Translations under genes and position numbers: made by a program
Assembly: GCA_963780185.1 (NCBI GenBank)
Contig: CAWABA010000006.1
Location: 881,404 to 945,403, forward strand
Direction of reading: 5' to 3'
From: Candidatus Bathyarchaeota archaeon
GTDB lineage: Archaea > Thermoproteota > Bathyarchaeia > Bathyarchaeales > Bathycorpusculaceae
DNA length: 64,000 nt
In this document: piece by piece, positions 63,905 to 64,000 of the stretch
Layout: the number at the start of each line of letters is the position of its first letter
Position numbering within the stretch: the stretch's first letter is position 1
The notes under the pieces: generated by a model
Told to the model about the DNA's origin: nothing
The model's input: the letters and a program-made list of their open reading frames with translations, nothing else
The model's database searches: none

Positions 63905-64000
63905 GCAACTATTTTTTCAATCAAGTTTGACCTCTTGGTTTAACACAAAAGGAAAGAGCGGGGATTTTCCGAGATTCGTTCGCAATTCAGCGGTTTCTTT

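Overview
Archaeal chromosomal DNA, most likely a Bathyarchaeia (TACK) genome or MAG. This is an inference from TBP, TFB, Cdc6/Orc1, a Cren7-like protein, an eL22-like protein, PolB2 and many PQQ-propeller/NosD surface proteins. Many conserved genes carry single-base frameshifts (polB2, moaA, moaB, larA, rimI, nadX, tfb and others), which look like uncorrected long-read indel errors. Housekeeping blocks (pyk, sec11, tbp, pyrE, moa, cdc6, aguAB, SPFH/NfeD, ABC-2) alternate with decayed accessory regions at about 10.6-21.1 kb and 28.4-33.4 kb. Most notable: (1) a chemosensory cluster with cheY-cheD-cheC-cheR*-cheA-orf-cheB* on the minus strand and mcp-cheW on the plus strand. Its receptor is a soluble, sensor-less, symmetric coiled-coil hairpin of about 82 heptads. 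cheR has an in-frame internal deletion and cheB is truncated. (2) Two full tRNA-Arg(TCT) genes that differ by one compensatory T-stem pair, plus a 3'-half att remnant. (3) A 70-bp promoter-like element present twice in inverted orientation 21.6 kb apart. (4) A candidate ~320-nt structured ncRNA upstream of cdc6. (5) A 128-bp MITE, a positionally conserved TTGACT-N6-AGTCAA palindrome, and two G/T-skewed intergenic repeat regions that share an exact 25-mer. No CRISPR array, rRNA, integrase or transposase was seen.
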